NCBI RefSeq assembly: GCF_001481685.1
Contig: NZ_CP006867.1
Coordinates: 870,001 to 902,000 of the forward strand
Length of the DNA: 32,000 nucleotides
Direction of reading: 5' to 3'
From: Ignicoccus islandicus DSM 13165
GTDB lineage: Archaea; Thermoproteota; Thermoprotei_A; Sulfolobales; Ignicoccaceae
Part shown: one piece after another, positions 1 to 8,542 of the stretch
Position numbering within the stretch: position 1 is the stretch's first letter
Layout: each line of letters opens with the position of its first letter
Made by a program: the position numbers and the translations under genes
Notes under the pieces: generated by a model
What the model saw: the letters and a program-made list of their open reading frames with translations, nothing else
Databases searched by the model: none
What the model was told of the DNA's origin: nothing

Positions 1-192
1 TAAGACGTGGCCTATGTTCCTAAATATTTCCGCGTCGTCCGGAAGCTTCTCAAGTTCTGATTTGACCCTCTTCAGCTCGTTGAGCTCAGCTTGGTAGAGG
101 GTTAACTGCTGTACTACGTTCTCGTATAGCGCTTGTTGTTGTTGAAGTTGCGCTAGTAAGTTCTGGGCCTTGGGAGGTAAGTTCACGCTCAT
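1..192 (-). CDS. pfdB: Prefoldin beta subunit, N-terminal part (gene runs off the left edge)
   Basis: Not in the ORF track because it is truncated. My minus-strand translation from the ATG at 192-190 gives MSVNLPPKAQNLLAQLQQQQALYENVVQQLTLYQAELNELKRVKSELEKLPDDAEIFRNIGHVL..., a coiled-coil N-terminus typical of prefoldin beta. Its start overlaps the Pcc1 stop (ATGA). Brix-Pcc1-prefoldin beta is a conserved archaeal gene order. Confidence 0.7.
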   Translation of the reverse strand, partial: MSVNLPPKAQNLLAQLQQQQALYENVVQQLTLYQAELNELKRVKSELEKLPDDAEIFRNIGHVL

Positions 193-425
193 GGCCTATC
201 CTCCACGGCCTTAAGGGCTTCGGAGGCACTATATATCCAGTACATAAACGAGTTAGCAGCAGCCCTAAGAGCGCTCACGTCCTTGGCCTTGATTACTATT
301 CTCTTATCATTTGCCTCTAACTGAACTCTCGAACTTGTGGGGGGATGGGTTACCTCTGGCAGCAAGGCGGTGAACACTGCTTCGTCGCACACTTCAATCT
401 CTACTTCGCCTATCCACTCTCGCAA
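189..425 (-). CDS. pcc1: KEOPS complex subunit Pcc1
   Basis: 78 aa. The segment ...RIVIKAKDVSALRAAANSFMYWIYSASEAL matches the Pcc1 signature (I.I.A.D..ALR...NS.L.WI). It lies between a Brix gene and prefoldin beta. The TTG start at 425 overlaps the Brix 3' end; a shorter start is possible. Confidence 0.7.
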   Translation of the reverse strand: MREWIGEVEIEVCDEAVFTALLPEVTHPPTSSRVQLEANDKRIVIKAKDVSALRAAANSFMYWIYSASEALKAVEDRP

Positions 426-948
426 TCCTAATCACCGGACCGACTTTCAGGTTAGAACCGGAAGGCCGGAATATAACTTCGAACCCCCTTTCGTCCCTCT
501 CAACGCTCGCTACTAAGTCCTCATCGCCTTCGCATTCGCCTAGGCCTAAGAGGTCCCTTAGGTTTCCTATGATTTCCTTCGTCTCTTCGTCTATAGCGTT
601 TTCATCTATGCAAACTTTCTTAACATTGTAAACCCTCCTACCCGTTTCCGAGCTCAGGCTCAAACCCCTCAGAACTATTGTTCCTAATGGAACTAGTTCT
701 ACTCCATCTACCGAGTAGACCTCTATTGAGTGGGGGTTCCCGTTTTTCTCTTTTACGATAATTACCCTCTCCGCTCCTAAGTCAGATGCTATAGAGCCGA
801 GGAGCTCTAGCGCCGCTTTCCCTCTGCTCACTCTTTCCGAGTTCGGCAAGACGCTAGCCAGATCCTTCAAGAAAGTGCGCGTCCTCTGAGAGGGTTTGTG
901 TGAGGTCGTTAGCAAGTACCTAACTCGTTGCTCCAATTCGCGTCCCAT
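394..948 (-). CDS. Brix-domain (Imp4/Mil-like) ribosome biogenesis protein
   Basis: LLTTSHKPSQRTRTFLKDLASVLPNSERVSRGK is the typical archaeal Brix N-terminus. The ORF track extends to a TTG at 981. I prefer the ATG at 948 (MGRELEQ...) because a TATA-like element (TTTTTATAGA on the minus strand, ~992-1005) would place the transcription start near 972. Confidence 0.7.
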   Translation of the reverse strand: MGRELEQRVRYLLTTSHKPSQRTRTFLKDLASVLPNSERVSRGKAALELLGSIASDLGAERVIIVKEKNGNPHSIEVYSVDGVELVPLGTIVLRGLSLSSETGRRVYNVKKVCIDENAIDEETKEIIGNLRDLLGLGECEGDEDLVASVERDERGFEVIFRPSGSNLKVGPVIRIARVDRRSRD

Positions 949-1024
949 TTCGCATCCCTTCAGTACGGTAATTAACAGCAATGAGGAGATCTTTCTATAA
1001 AAATAGATATCTGTTTTATGATTT

Positions 1025-1045
1025 ATTCACCATCCCATGGTGAAT
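1025..1045. promoter_or_regulatory. 9-3-9 palindrome ATTCACCAT-CCC-ATGGTGAAT at the leader-distal boundary (candidate regulator binding site)
   Basis: Perfect inverted arms read directly from the sequence. The same motif occurs twice at the equivalent end of the other leader (30325-30345, 30351-30371). Confidence 0.5.
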
Positions 1046-1509
1046 ACCCATCTCCACCCCTTGTCCAAATTCACATTTCCATTTACTCACAATCAATTCC
1101 ATCATTTCCTCAACCTTAATCATTTACGAAAAGAAACAATGGTCTCCTTAAGCACCTTCAGTTTCTACCGGACTTCCCAATTGTTAATTCCATTTTAACC
1201 CAATCAATTATCATTGTATTTGCAAAAACAAACAAGATTTACCACTCTTGAGCTCAGACCATCAGTACAAGGCCCTTTCAAGATCGATCTTTACAATGAG
1301 AAGGAGCTTAGATGGGTTAATAAGCGATCATGGGAACTTTAATGATCATGGGGATTTCTACTCAAGCCTACCTTATATAAGCATATGCATGTATATATTG
1401 GACAACTACTTGAATTCAAGTTCTGAGAGGAAAGGTATGGTTGAGGAAAGGCAGATGAAGGGAAAGGGTTAAAAGATGGAGAATTAGTTGTTTAAATAGG
1501 AGGGCAACG
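1026..1509 (+). promoter_or_regulatory. CRISPR leader of array 1 (AT-rich, ~484 bp), inverted near-copy of 29860-30344
   Basis: By-eye alignment of the reverse complement of 1026-1509 against 29860-30344 is collinear over the whole length, roughly 85% identity (not computed). Both copies end CGTTGCCCTCCTATTTAAACAAC at the first repeat. Confidence 0.85.
1491..1498 (+). promoter_or_regulatory. TATA-box-like element (TTTAAATA) for pre-crRNA transcription of array 1
   Basis: Sits 12 nt upstream of the first repeat and is conserved in the other leader (29871-29878). A leader-proximal promoter next to the first repeat is the known arrangement in Sulfolobales. Confidence 0.4.
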
Positions 1510-2524
1510 GTAGAGATCCAAGAGGGAGTGGAAAGCTAATCTTATTAGAGACGCGATTTCTTCGAATTCCCCGTAGAGATCCAAGAGGGAGTGGAAAGAA
1601 GATTTATGCGAATTCATAGCCTAATTCTTTTAAGAAGTAGAGATCCAAGAGGGAGTGGAAAGCAACCTCGATTTATTTTTTACGTTTTCTACGTTCTTTT
1701 ATGTAGAGATCCAAGAGGGAGTGGAAAGTTCTCTTTCTTCTTTTCCTTTAGCTCTTCAATTAGCAGTAGAGATCCAAGAGGGAGTGGAAAGCTTCTTCAT
1801 TTCTTCCTCCTTTTCTTTCAAGCCACGTAGCAGTAGAGATCCAAGAGGGAGTGGAAAGCAAACTCTCCCCGAATTCTTGCGCTTCGGTTGGGGTTCCCAT
1901 GTAGAGATCCAAGAGGGAGTGGAAAGATATGATAGCATATTACTCCATCTTCTTAGCTTCAAGAAGATAAGTAGAGATCCAAGAGGGAGTGGAAAGTCCG
2001 AGGAAATAGGCTCGAGCCTTTTTATGTTTTGTCTGTAGAGATCCAAGAGGGAGTGGAAAGTGTTATAAAACTCATTAGACCTCTCTATTTCGAGGATGTA
2101 ATGTAGAGATCCAAGAGGGAGTGGAAAGCCCTCTCTAGGTCCCTCCTCCCTCTGAAGGGATCGATTATCCTGTAGAGATCCAAGAGGGAGTGGAAAGCCG
2201 GTGTCAAGACGCGTGACGACTATGTTCATAACGTGTAGAGATCCAAGAGGGAGTGGAAAGTCTTCTTTCTCGTTCCGTGCGAACCCTCTAAGTACAGTAG
2301 AGATCCAAGATGGAGTGGAAAGAATCAGTAACACTTATAATACTACGTCTGGTAGTATTGTAGTAGAGACCCAATAGGGAATAGAAAGTAGTCTCATTCC
2401 ACTTCCCGGACTTGGGAAGCATTCCGTTACTGTAGAATCCCAATAGGGAATAGAAAGTTATCGTATTCGATCCTTATAGTTAGCTTAACTTCATCCGGGT
2501 AGAGTCCAAATAGGGAATAGAAAG
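1510..2524 (+). CRISPR. CRISPR array 1: 16 repeats of 26 nt, 15 spacers (36-44 nt), composite of two repeat families
   Basis: Repeat starts: 1510, 1573, 1637, 1703, 1766, 1833, 1901, 1971, 2035, 2103, 2172, 2235, 2297, 2363, 2432, 2499. Repeats 1-12 are GTAGAGATCCAAGAGGGAGTGGAAAG; repeat 13 has G15T. Repeats 14-16 are GTAGAGACCCAATAGGGAATAGAAAG, GTAGAATCCCAATAGGGAATAGAAAG and GTAGAGTCCAAATAGGGAATAGAAAG, i.e. the array-2 family with one mismatch each. The leader is on the left and the degenerate repeats are on the right, giving + orientation. Confidence 0.97.
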
Positions 2525-2662
2525 ATAATATGTTATAACTATAAAGTATTCTCTTAAGAGGCCTCTAGCAAAAGTCTCGAGGCGAAATTGAAGCGGAAAT
2601 GAATAGAAGGTATGGGCCTCGAATGCGTAGGAACTGTGAGGGGTCGGGGCCGGTCCACTTCT

Positions 2663-3121
2663 TCACCCATCTAGGCTCAAGAGGCGCCGCTCCTCATCCC
2701 CAGTAACGAAGTTCGTTAAAGGTACCGTTCTAGCCGCTTCCGATAGCCTATCGAACTCGTCCAGCGTGAGGCCTCCTTGGGGTACTAACTTGAAGCTCCT
2801 TTGGGCCCTCTCGAGGTCTTCGGCCCTAAAGAACCTCCACCCCCTCCCATCGAGTACTTTCACAGCTATCCAAGGTTCTGCCCCGCCCCTAATTTTCCAT
2901 ACCATTAACGTTTCGACTTGCTTTGGAGGCAAATATATCGTTCTCTCTTCACTGGAAGTCTTTACCTCTATAGCCGCTGCGTATCCCTTCTTCAAGGCGA
3001 CCAAGTCGGGATACGGGTACCTCTTCACCTTGGCCCCGCTCGCGGGAGCCCTAATCACGACCCATCCACGTTTATAGAGAAGTTGAGCTAGTTGCCTTTC
3101 GTAATTGGTGCGGGACCTCAA
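2663..3121 (-). CDS. hjc: Holliday junction resolvase Hjc
   Basis: 152 aa. YERQLAQLLYKRGWVVIRAPASG...YPDLVALKKGYAAAIEVKTSS carries the archaeal Hjc nuclease motifs (ER..., D-x-hA, hEVK). Confidence 0.8.
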   Translation of the reverse strand: MRSRTNYERQLAQLLYKRGWVVIRAPASGAKVKRYPYPDLVALKKGYAAAIEVKTSSEERTIYLPPKQVETLMVWKIRGGAEPWIAVKVLDGRGWRFFRAEDLERAQRSFKLVPQGGLTLDEFDRLSEAARTVPLTNFVTGDEERRLLSLDG

Positions 3122-3178
3122 CTCTTCCTCCGAAAAGAGGTATAGTAGAGAGGTAATATCGGTTAAATAAGGAGGAAG

Positions 3179-3847
3179 CTACCACGCTTCCCTTTCGGGA
3201 ACGATTACCTCTATTCCCAAGGGCTCGACGAGTTCCTTGAACTTCAGCGCGTCCTTAACGCTCCCGACTATAGTTCCCCAATGCATTGGCACAGCGAGCT
3301 TCACGCCTTTCATGGACTTAACCGCCTCAGCTGCCTCTTCGGGGGTCATCACGTATGTCCCTGATACAGGAAGCAGCGCTACTTCCGCCTCCAAGCCTCT
3401 CATTTCCGGTACGAAATCGGTGTCTCCCGCGTGGTATAGGCGGAACCCCACGTCTATCACGTAACCCACTCTACCGTCTTCCTTTGGATGGAAGACAACT
3501 CCCGGAGCGCGGAACTTGTTCACGTTGTAAGCCGGTACGGTTTCGAAGGGTATTGGCTCGTTATACCTCTCGCCGGGCTTAACGAAAATCTTTTCGTTAT
3601 CGAACGACCTTAGGCAGTCCCTAGCGATTTCGGGAGCTATTACGATAGTTCTGTCATCAATTACTTTCCTTATGTCGCTGGGAGAACAGTGATCGAAGTG
3701 TTCGTGCGTAATGAAAAGTACACTTGCCTTATCGTTGCTCTTAACAGATATCTTATAGGGATCTATGGCTATTACGTCGTTCGCTGTTACTATCTTGAAC
3801 CCGTCGTGGCCGAGCCAACTAAGTTTAACGCCTTTCCAAGATATCAA
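3179..3847 (-). CDS. Metallo-beta-lactamase-fold hydrolase (UPF0173-like)
   Basis: 222 aa. N-terminus LSWLGHDGFKI and the HxHxDH-type motif ITHEHFDHCS are present. TTG start. Confidence 0.7.
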   Translation of the reverse strand: MISWKGVKLSWLGHDGFKIVTANDVIAIDPYKISVKSNDKASVLFITHEHFDHCSPSDIRKVIDDRTIVIAPEIARDCLRSFDNEKIFVKPGERYNEPIPFETVPAYNVNKFRAPGVVFHPKEDGRVGYVIDVGFRLYHAGDTDFVPEMRGLEAEVALLPVSGTYVMTPEEAAEAVKSMKGVKLAVPMHWGTIVGSVKDALKFKELVEPLGIEVIVPEREAW

Positions 3848-3879
3848 AGGGGCCGTCCCGAGTAGAAGGGCGCTTCATG

Positions 3880-3893
3880 AGATATTAGGTTAA
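3880..3893 (-). promoter_or_regulatory. Promoter element TTAACCTAATATCT (BRE/TATA-like) upstream of the MBL gene
   Basis: The 14-mer lies 33 nt upstream of the start codon at 3847. An identical 14-mer lies 35 nt upstream of the HD gene start (5595-5608). Confidence 0.4.
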
Positions 3894-5560
3894 GCGCTCG
3901 GTAGCGATTCGAGCTTCACAGCTAGCCGAGCGGCCGTTCCGGAAGCCCCATCCAAGTACTTCTCCACTTCAAGCTCCTTTCCAAAGCCCTTTTCGTAAGC
4001 TTCGCTTAGGCCCTTTAAGAGGTCCGAAACGTCCCCCTTCTTCAAGTACCACCTCTTGAACTCCAGTTCTCCCCGTGCCTCTGGGAAGACTAGGATTAGT
4101 TTGGTGAAGTTCTTTCCCATGAGCTCTTTGGCTACCACCGATGCAGGGCATTCCTCTAGTAGGCAAACTTCCGTAGGCTTGGACCTCTTGGCGACCAATA
4201 CGCCTCCAGTGTAGCCCTTGTACCTACTGAAGTACAAGATGACCGCGGAGTGGTAATACTGGCTCAAGAGGGTTAGGAAGGCTTCGCGTCCTTCCTTATC
4301 GTCTTCGCTGTAGTACTTGTTCACCAGTTTCTGGGAGAGTTCGTCCGAAGCCAGTAAGTAGGTCCACCTTCTCCTCGATAGTATCGACTTCGCGAGGAGG
4401 TACAAGGTAACGAGGTCGTCATCCAGTTTGATCCTTCCATTCCGTACCCTTTTCTCTATTTCGGATGGAATCTTCCTCAGCATTTGGTAGAAGGTCGAAT
4501 CAGTAACCAAGTTCATTATTTCAGTTAACTTGGCCCCCTGCTCTTTCCCTAAGTCATTGCTCGGGGAAGCGCCCTTGTGGTAGGCCATCCTAATTACTTC
4601 TATTTCGTACAGAAGATCCCTCCAGTCCTCCCTCTTTAATATCAAGTTGAGTATCCTTACGGCCATTGCGCTGTAGAGCATTGAAATTGTATGTAAGTAA
4701 ACGTCCTTATACATGAAAACCCTTCCGAGGAGCATGGATTCTATAACGCTTATTCCCTTATCTAAAATGCCGACCTTGAGGAGGTCCTTGTTCTCCTTGT
4801 CTGGTACGAGAACGATCACCTTATACAATCTATTTAAATCGTAGGATCCCAAGGACACTCCAGCTGAGTACGCGTCGCGGAGAACGAAATCGCCCCTGTC
4901 TACGTCTATCTCGGAACTGATGAGCTGAGCTATTATTAACTTGGCGTTGTTCCGGGGGTTCAAGTTGCTGAGCAGGTTCATTCTGGCTCCGCTGAAGTAA
5001 GCGGCTTGGAGCACTTCCTTTACAGTTTCTAAATCGACCCTTCTCCCTTTGTACCTCACTTCGCTACCGCTCTGAATCAACTCCTCGACTATAGCTATGC
5101 CCCGTAATTCGTGGTCTGTAAAGAGAGGTATTGCGCCGGCTTCCTTTAGGTACGTTAGGTCGCTCTTGGTGACCTTTTCGGATACGTGGGAGAGCAGCAT
5201 GTGACCTATGTCGTGGAGGAGCGCGGCCACTACTGCCTCCGGAAGGAGGTTCTCCAGTTCCTTCATTACCTCCTCGTAAGCGGGCTTCAAGTGCTTCGTC
5301 AAATGGATCAGTTCCTTGGTGTTTTCAATAACGTGCGTTATCATGTTCTTCATTACTGCAGCTGCTCCCAGCGAGTGCTCGAACCTAGTGTGGGTAGCGC
5401 TAGGGTAAACGAGGTAAGCTAATCCCAGTTGCTTCACGTCCCTCAGTCTCTGAAAGAGCTCCGTGTCTATCAGAGTTTCGAATAAGTCCTTTGGGAGTTC
5501 CACGAACCCGTGGATAGGGTCCCTAACGGCTCTCAGTTCGACTCCTTTCTCGTCCCCCAA
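3890..5560 (-). CDS. HD-domain phosphohydrolase (COG1078 / SAMHD1-dGTPase-like superfamily)
   Basis: 556 aa. VRDPIHGFVELP, TRFEHSLGAAAV and ALLHDIGH are the typical N-terminal motifs of this family. TTG start. Confidence 0.75.
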   Translation of the reverse strand: MGDEKGVELRAVRDPIHGFVELPKDLFETLIDTELFQRLRDVKQLGLAYLVYPSATHTRFEHSLGAAAVMKNMITHVIENTKELIHLTKHLKPAYEEVMKELENLLPEAVVAALLHDIGHMLLSHVSEKVTKSDLTYLKEAGAIPLFTDHELRGIAIVEELIQSGSEVRYKGRRVDLETVKEVLQAAYFSGARMNLLSNLNPRNNAKLIIAQLISSEIDVDRGDFVLRDAYSAGVSLGSYDLNRLYKVIVLVPDKENKDLLKVGILDKGISVIESMLLGRVFMYKDVYLHTISMLYSAMAVRILNLILKREDWRDLLYEIEVIRMAYHKGASPSNDLGKEQGAKLTEIMNLVTDSTFYQMLRKIPSEIEKRVRNGRIKLDDDLVTLYLLAKSILSRRRWTYLLASDELSQKLVNKYYSEDDKEGREAFLTLLSQYYHSAVILYFSRYKGYTGGVLVAKRSKPTEVCLLEECPASVVAKELMGKNFTKLILVFPEARGELEFKRWYLKKGDVSDLLKGLSEAYEKGFGKELEVEKYLDGASGTAARLAVKLESLPSA

Positions 5561-5594
5561 AACTGCTTTACCGATACCAATTGATGAGACGAGT

Positions 5595-5608
5595 AGATAT
5601 TAGGTTAA
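5595..5608 (-). promoter_or_regulatory. Promoter element TTAACCTAATATCT upstream of the HD gene
   Basis: Identical to the 14-mer at 3880-3893 and at the same distance from the start codon. Confidence 0.4.
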
Positions 5609-5655
5609 AGGTTTAAGTCCTCCGCTCGGTAGAGTGAGGCTCGCGTGACGCGGCC

Positions 5656-6606
5656 TTGATACCCGTAACCCCGCAAGATCACGAGAAGGTGAACTTAGGT
5701 GAGAGCGAGGTACTGAAACTGAGGGCGGATCCCGAAGGAGTTCAAGAGAACTACATATTCGCTTACTTGATAGTTGGAAGGGAAGGGAGGGTACTAATAG
5801 AAACGGGACCTAGGAAGGCCCTCCCTACGCTCAAGGAATCCTTGCGCGAGAAGGGCTTCAAGTTAAGCGAGTTGGACGCTGTGTTCGTTACCCACATCCA
5901 CTTGGATCACGCGGGGGCGCTAGGGGAAGTTGTGAGGGAATGCAACTGTAAGGCCTACGTTCACCCTAGGGGGCTACCGCACCTAGTAGACCCGAGCAGG
6001 CTCAACGAAGCGGCTAAGAACACCTTAGGCGACTTCGTGTTCAACGCTTACGGGGAAGCCTTCCCTCTGGACCCGGATAAGGGAGTGGCGACTGAAGACG
6101 GGAGGACGTACGAAATCAAGGACCTCAAGATAGAAGTAGTGTTCACGCCTGGTCACGCGCCCCACCATCAAGTGGTAATTCACGAGGGCGTGCTCTTCCC
6201 CGGTGACTTATTAGGTGAAGTGACCGTCTGGACCGGGGCATACACCCCTACTACCCCTCATAGAACCATTCCGCCCATGATAATTGATTCCATATGGAAG
6301 ATATCCGATAGGCAGTTCGTAGCGGCCGCTTACACTCATAGGGGAATTGTGATGGGCGAAGATGAAGTGAGGAACCAAATGATGGGCGAAGTGGAGCAAA
6401 TAAGGACGTGGTTGAACACTATTTTCGTTCGAAGGAGTAAGTGTAGGGAGGACATTGAGTGCTACAAGAAGTACTTGATCGAGGCCGATCCGCTCTTCAA
6501 GAAGTTGGTGGAAGAGGGGGAGTTGGAAAAGAGTAAGTTGCTGCAGAACTCCATTAGGATGAGCATAGAGGGTTTAATGAAGTACGTTCAAGCAGTTTTC
6601 ACGTAA
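5656..6606 (+). CDS. Metallo-beta-lactamase superfamily hydrolase
   Basis: 316 aa. The VTHIHLDHAGALG (HxHxDH) motif is present, plus a downstream His in TPGHAPHH. Confidence 0.75.
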   Translation: MIPVTPQDHEKVNLGESEVLKLRADPEGVQENYIFAYLIVGREGRVLIETGPRKALPTLKESLREKGFKLSELDAVFVTHIHLDHAGALGEVVRECNCKAYVHPRGLPHLVDPSRLNEAAKNTLGDFVFNAYGEAFPLDPDKGVATEDGRTYEIKDLKIEVVFTPGHAPHHQVVIHEGVLFPGDLLGEVTVWTGAYTPTTPHRTIPPMIIDSIWKISDRQFVAAAYTHRGIVMGEDEVRNQMMGEVEQIRTWLNTIFVRRSKCREDIECYKKYLIEADPLFKKLVEEGELEKSKLLQNSIRMSIEGLMKYVQAVFT

Positions 6607-7445
6607 TCAAACATACCTATCCTCAACCTCACTTTCACAGCACCCTTCCAGTTCAGTCTGTCCTTTATAATCTTTGCTATTTCCTCTGCAATTTTGTAGC
6701 CGCTAAACAGTCCTACCTTGCTGTCCGGGGACCTCTCCGCTACTATTAAAGCGTTGATCATATTTTCAGCTACATTAATTGTAATTAAATTGTCCTTCAT
6801 AACCAGTCCAGAGGACGTTAAGACGGTTTTTATCAAGTTATCTATCACGGTATCTACTACAACGTAGAGGGTCTGGCCTTCTAAGCTGACCACCGCGACC
6901 AGCGGTTCTATGAAACCTATCTCTTGCATCTTCTCAATTAGGTTCATGTAAAGTATTTTAGAGACACCAACGACGCTCACGCTTAGCTTCTCAACTTTAC
7001 CCATTCTCACCTTTAACGTCCATAAGTTCAGGTCTGGATCCCTTTCGTAAGTAACGTCCAGTATTCTGAAGGGCAACTTCTTGCTTTCGTCTCCTAGTTC
7101 CCATTTAACGAATTCCACTAACTGCTTGAGCTTCCTCTCAGTTATGGATTCCTCAATTATTTCCTCAGCCAGTTGCCCTTCGCTCGAAGCTCCCTCTTCC
7201 TTTACCTCCTCGCGCACCTCCTCTATGGTAGGTTGAGGAGCTGATTTAGCTATCTTAAACATCAATGGAAGAGGGATAAACACCAAGAAGAGCTGATCGT
7301 CAGGAATGCTGTCTAAAGTGTGTTCGTCCACAACGACTACTATTGGGTCGTCCGTTTCCAAGGAGACCACCTTGGCAACCTTGTATAATCTGACGAAGTC
7401 CTTCAACTCGTGTCCTCTTAATATTATGAAGCCCGTTTTTGCCAT
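6588..7445 (-). CDS. Hypothetical protein (no motif recognised)
   Basis: 285-aa ORF with an ATG start and amino-acid composition like its neighbours. It has an acidic linker (EEVREEVKEEGASSEGQLAEEIIEE) between two domains. Confidence 0.55.
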   Translation of the reverse strand: MAKTGFIILRGHELKDFVRLYKVAKVVSLETDDPIVVVVDEHTLDSIPDDQLFLVFIPLPLMFKIAKSAPQPTIEEVREEVKEEGASSEGQLAEEIIEESITERKLKQLVEFVKWELGDESKKLPFRILDVTYERDPDLNLWTLKVRMGKVEKLSVSVVGVSKILYMNLIEKMQEIGFIEPLVAVVSLEGQTLYVVVDTVIDNLIKTVLTSSGLVMKDNLITINVAENMINALIVAERSPDSKVGLFSGYKIAEEIAKIIKDRLNWKGAVKVRLRIGMFDYVKTA

Positions 7446-7487
7446 TGTTCATCACCTTTAACGATGGGTCCGCACGCTCGTGTTACT

Positions 7488-8081
7488 TCATCCCATGGAG
7501 GTTATCTCTCGCGCCTTCTTCATCCCTAGATACACTGAATAGCTTAAATTCTCATAAACTATTTCGTCAAGCAAAACTTCGACTTCCCTTTTCATTTGAG
7601 TAACGACCCTAGGGGGCTTCCAAGGACACTTAAACGAGCTAACCTTCCTTGCGAGAACAGATAAATCGTCGCTCAAGTGTTCCTCTTCATCCTCTTTATC
7701 GGATCCTCCGAGGGGTCTGTAAAGGGTAACTCCCTTCGATAGGTAGCTGGCGTTCCTAAGCGTTTGGGACGCCACTTGACCTATGCTATCCCCTATTACA
7801 ATTTCCTCGTCTATCTGTGCAGCCCTTAAAATCATTGCTCTCTTACATGCTAGGCAGAGATAGGAAGAGAGGCGGGCCTTAGATAAGGCCTCCAATACCT
7901 TCCTTAAGTAAGGCCTGTGATCGAAGAGGTGTACCTCAAACGAAGGATTCAGTCTGAAGAGTTCCATTAAGGCCAGCTTGGAGGCCCTAGGATCTACTAT
8001 GAAATGGGCAACCTTGTTTACGTTTAATAACTTGGACAGAACGAAACTATCTATACCGCCAGAAAAGAGTAAAATCGTCAT
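7488..8081 (-). CDS. ThiI-like PP-loop ATP pyrophosphatase (AANH domain only, no THUMP domain)
   Basis: 197 aa. Motifs: LFSGGIDS PP-loop, CLACKRAM, GDSIGQVASQTLRN (ThiI signature GESLGQVASQTL.N) and FKCPWKPP. Confidence 0.6.
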   Translation of the reverse strand: MTILLFSGGIDSFVLSKLLNVNKVAHFIVDPRASKLALMELFRLNPSFEVHLFDHRPYLRKVLEALSKARLSSYLCLACKRAMILRAAQIDEEIVIGDSIGQVASQTLRNASYLSKGVTLYRPLGGSDKEDEEEHLSDDLSVLARKVSSFKCPWKPPRVVTQMKREVEVLLDEIVYENLSYSVYLGMKKAREITSMG

Positions 8082-8092
8082 TTAGGGTACCG

Positions 8093-8542
8093 TTAGAGTT
8101 TAGATGCCGCCGCTACTTGAGGTTTGACCACCAATATGTTCTTCTTACACGTGATAACTAGTTTCGTCGAAACGCTTCCAAGTAGGTAGCCCGAGACGTT
8201 ACCTAAGCCCCTGCTTCCAACTACCACGAGATCGACGTTCTCTTCTTCAGCCATTTTGGTTATTTCATCCACGGGGGAACCCTCTCTAACTACGAACTTC
8301 CCTTTGATGCCTTCCTTTTCGAAGGTCTCATTTACCAATTTCTCTAGTTTTATGGCTCTGTCCTTAAGCGGTCCCAGTATTACGTCCTTATGCGGTATAT
8401 CCGGAATGGACCTCGTGTCTATAACGTGTATTACTATTACTTCCGAGCCGTACTTCTTAGCTAGGTCTATGGCCGTTTCGAATGCCTTTTGGCTTACTTC
8501 AGAACTATCGTGACCTACTAGTATCTTCTTGAACAACTTCAC
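8093..8542 (-). CDS. Universal stress protein (UspA family)
   Basis: 149 aa. ILVGHDSSEVSQKAFETAIDLAKKYGSEVIVIHV and VVGSRGLGNVSGYLLGSVSTKLV are classic USP motifs. Confidence 0.8.
   Translation of the reverse strand: MKLFKKILVGHDSSEVSQKAFETAIDLAKKYGSEVIVIHVIDTRSIPDIPHKDVILGPLKDRAIKLEKLVNETFEKEGIKGKFVVREGSPVDEITKMAEEENVDLVVVGSRGLGNVSGYLLGSVSTKLVITCKKNILVVKPQVAAASKL

Noticed and set aside
1248-1472. 74-aa ORF inside leader 1, with a possible counterpart on the minus strand of leader 2; also the 83-aa + strand ORF 29828-30079 in leader 2
   Set aside because: I compared the two leader copies codon by codon. I counted about 4 synonymous and 7 non-synonymous differences, and the leader-2 version terminates early at ~56 codons. 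There is no sign of purifying selection. The 29828-30079 ORF is on the opposite relative strand, so it is not the same reading frame.
1591-2334. ORF-track entries 1591-1830 (+), 1655-2038 (+) and 1756-2334 (-) with repetitive peptides (SRDPRGSGK, VEIQEGVE, FPLPLGSL)
   Set aside because: They lie entirely inside CRISPR array 1. The repeated peptide motifs are just translations of the 26-nt repeat in different frames.
2525-2662. Possible homology between the trailer sequences beyond the last repeats of the two arrays (2525-2565 versus the reverse complement of 28860-28904)
   Set aside because: Only short shared words (TAACT, TAAGAGG) appear in AT-rich sequence. This is not distinguishable from chance by eye.
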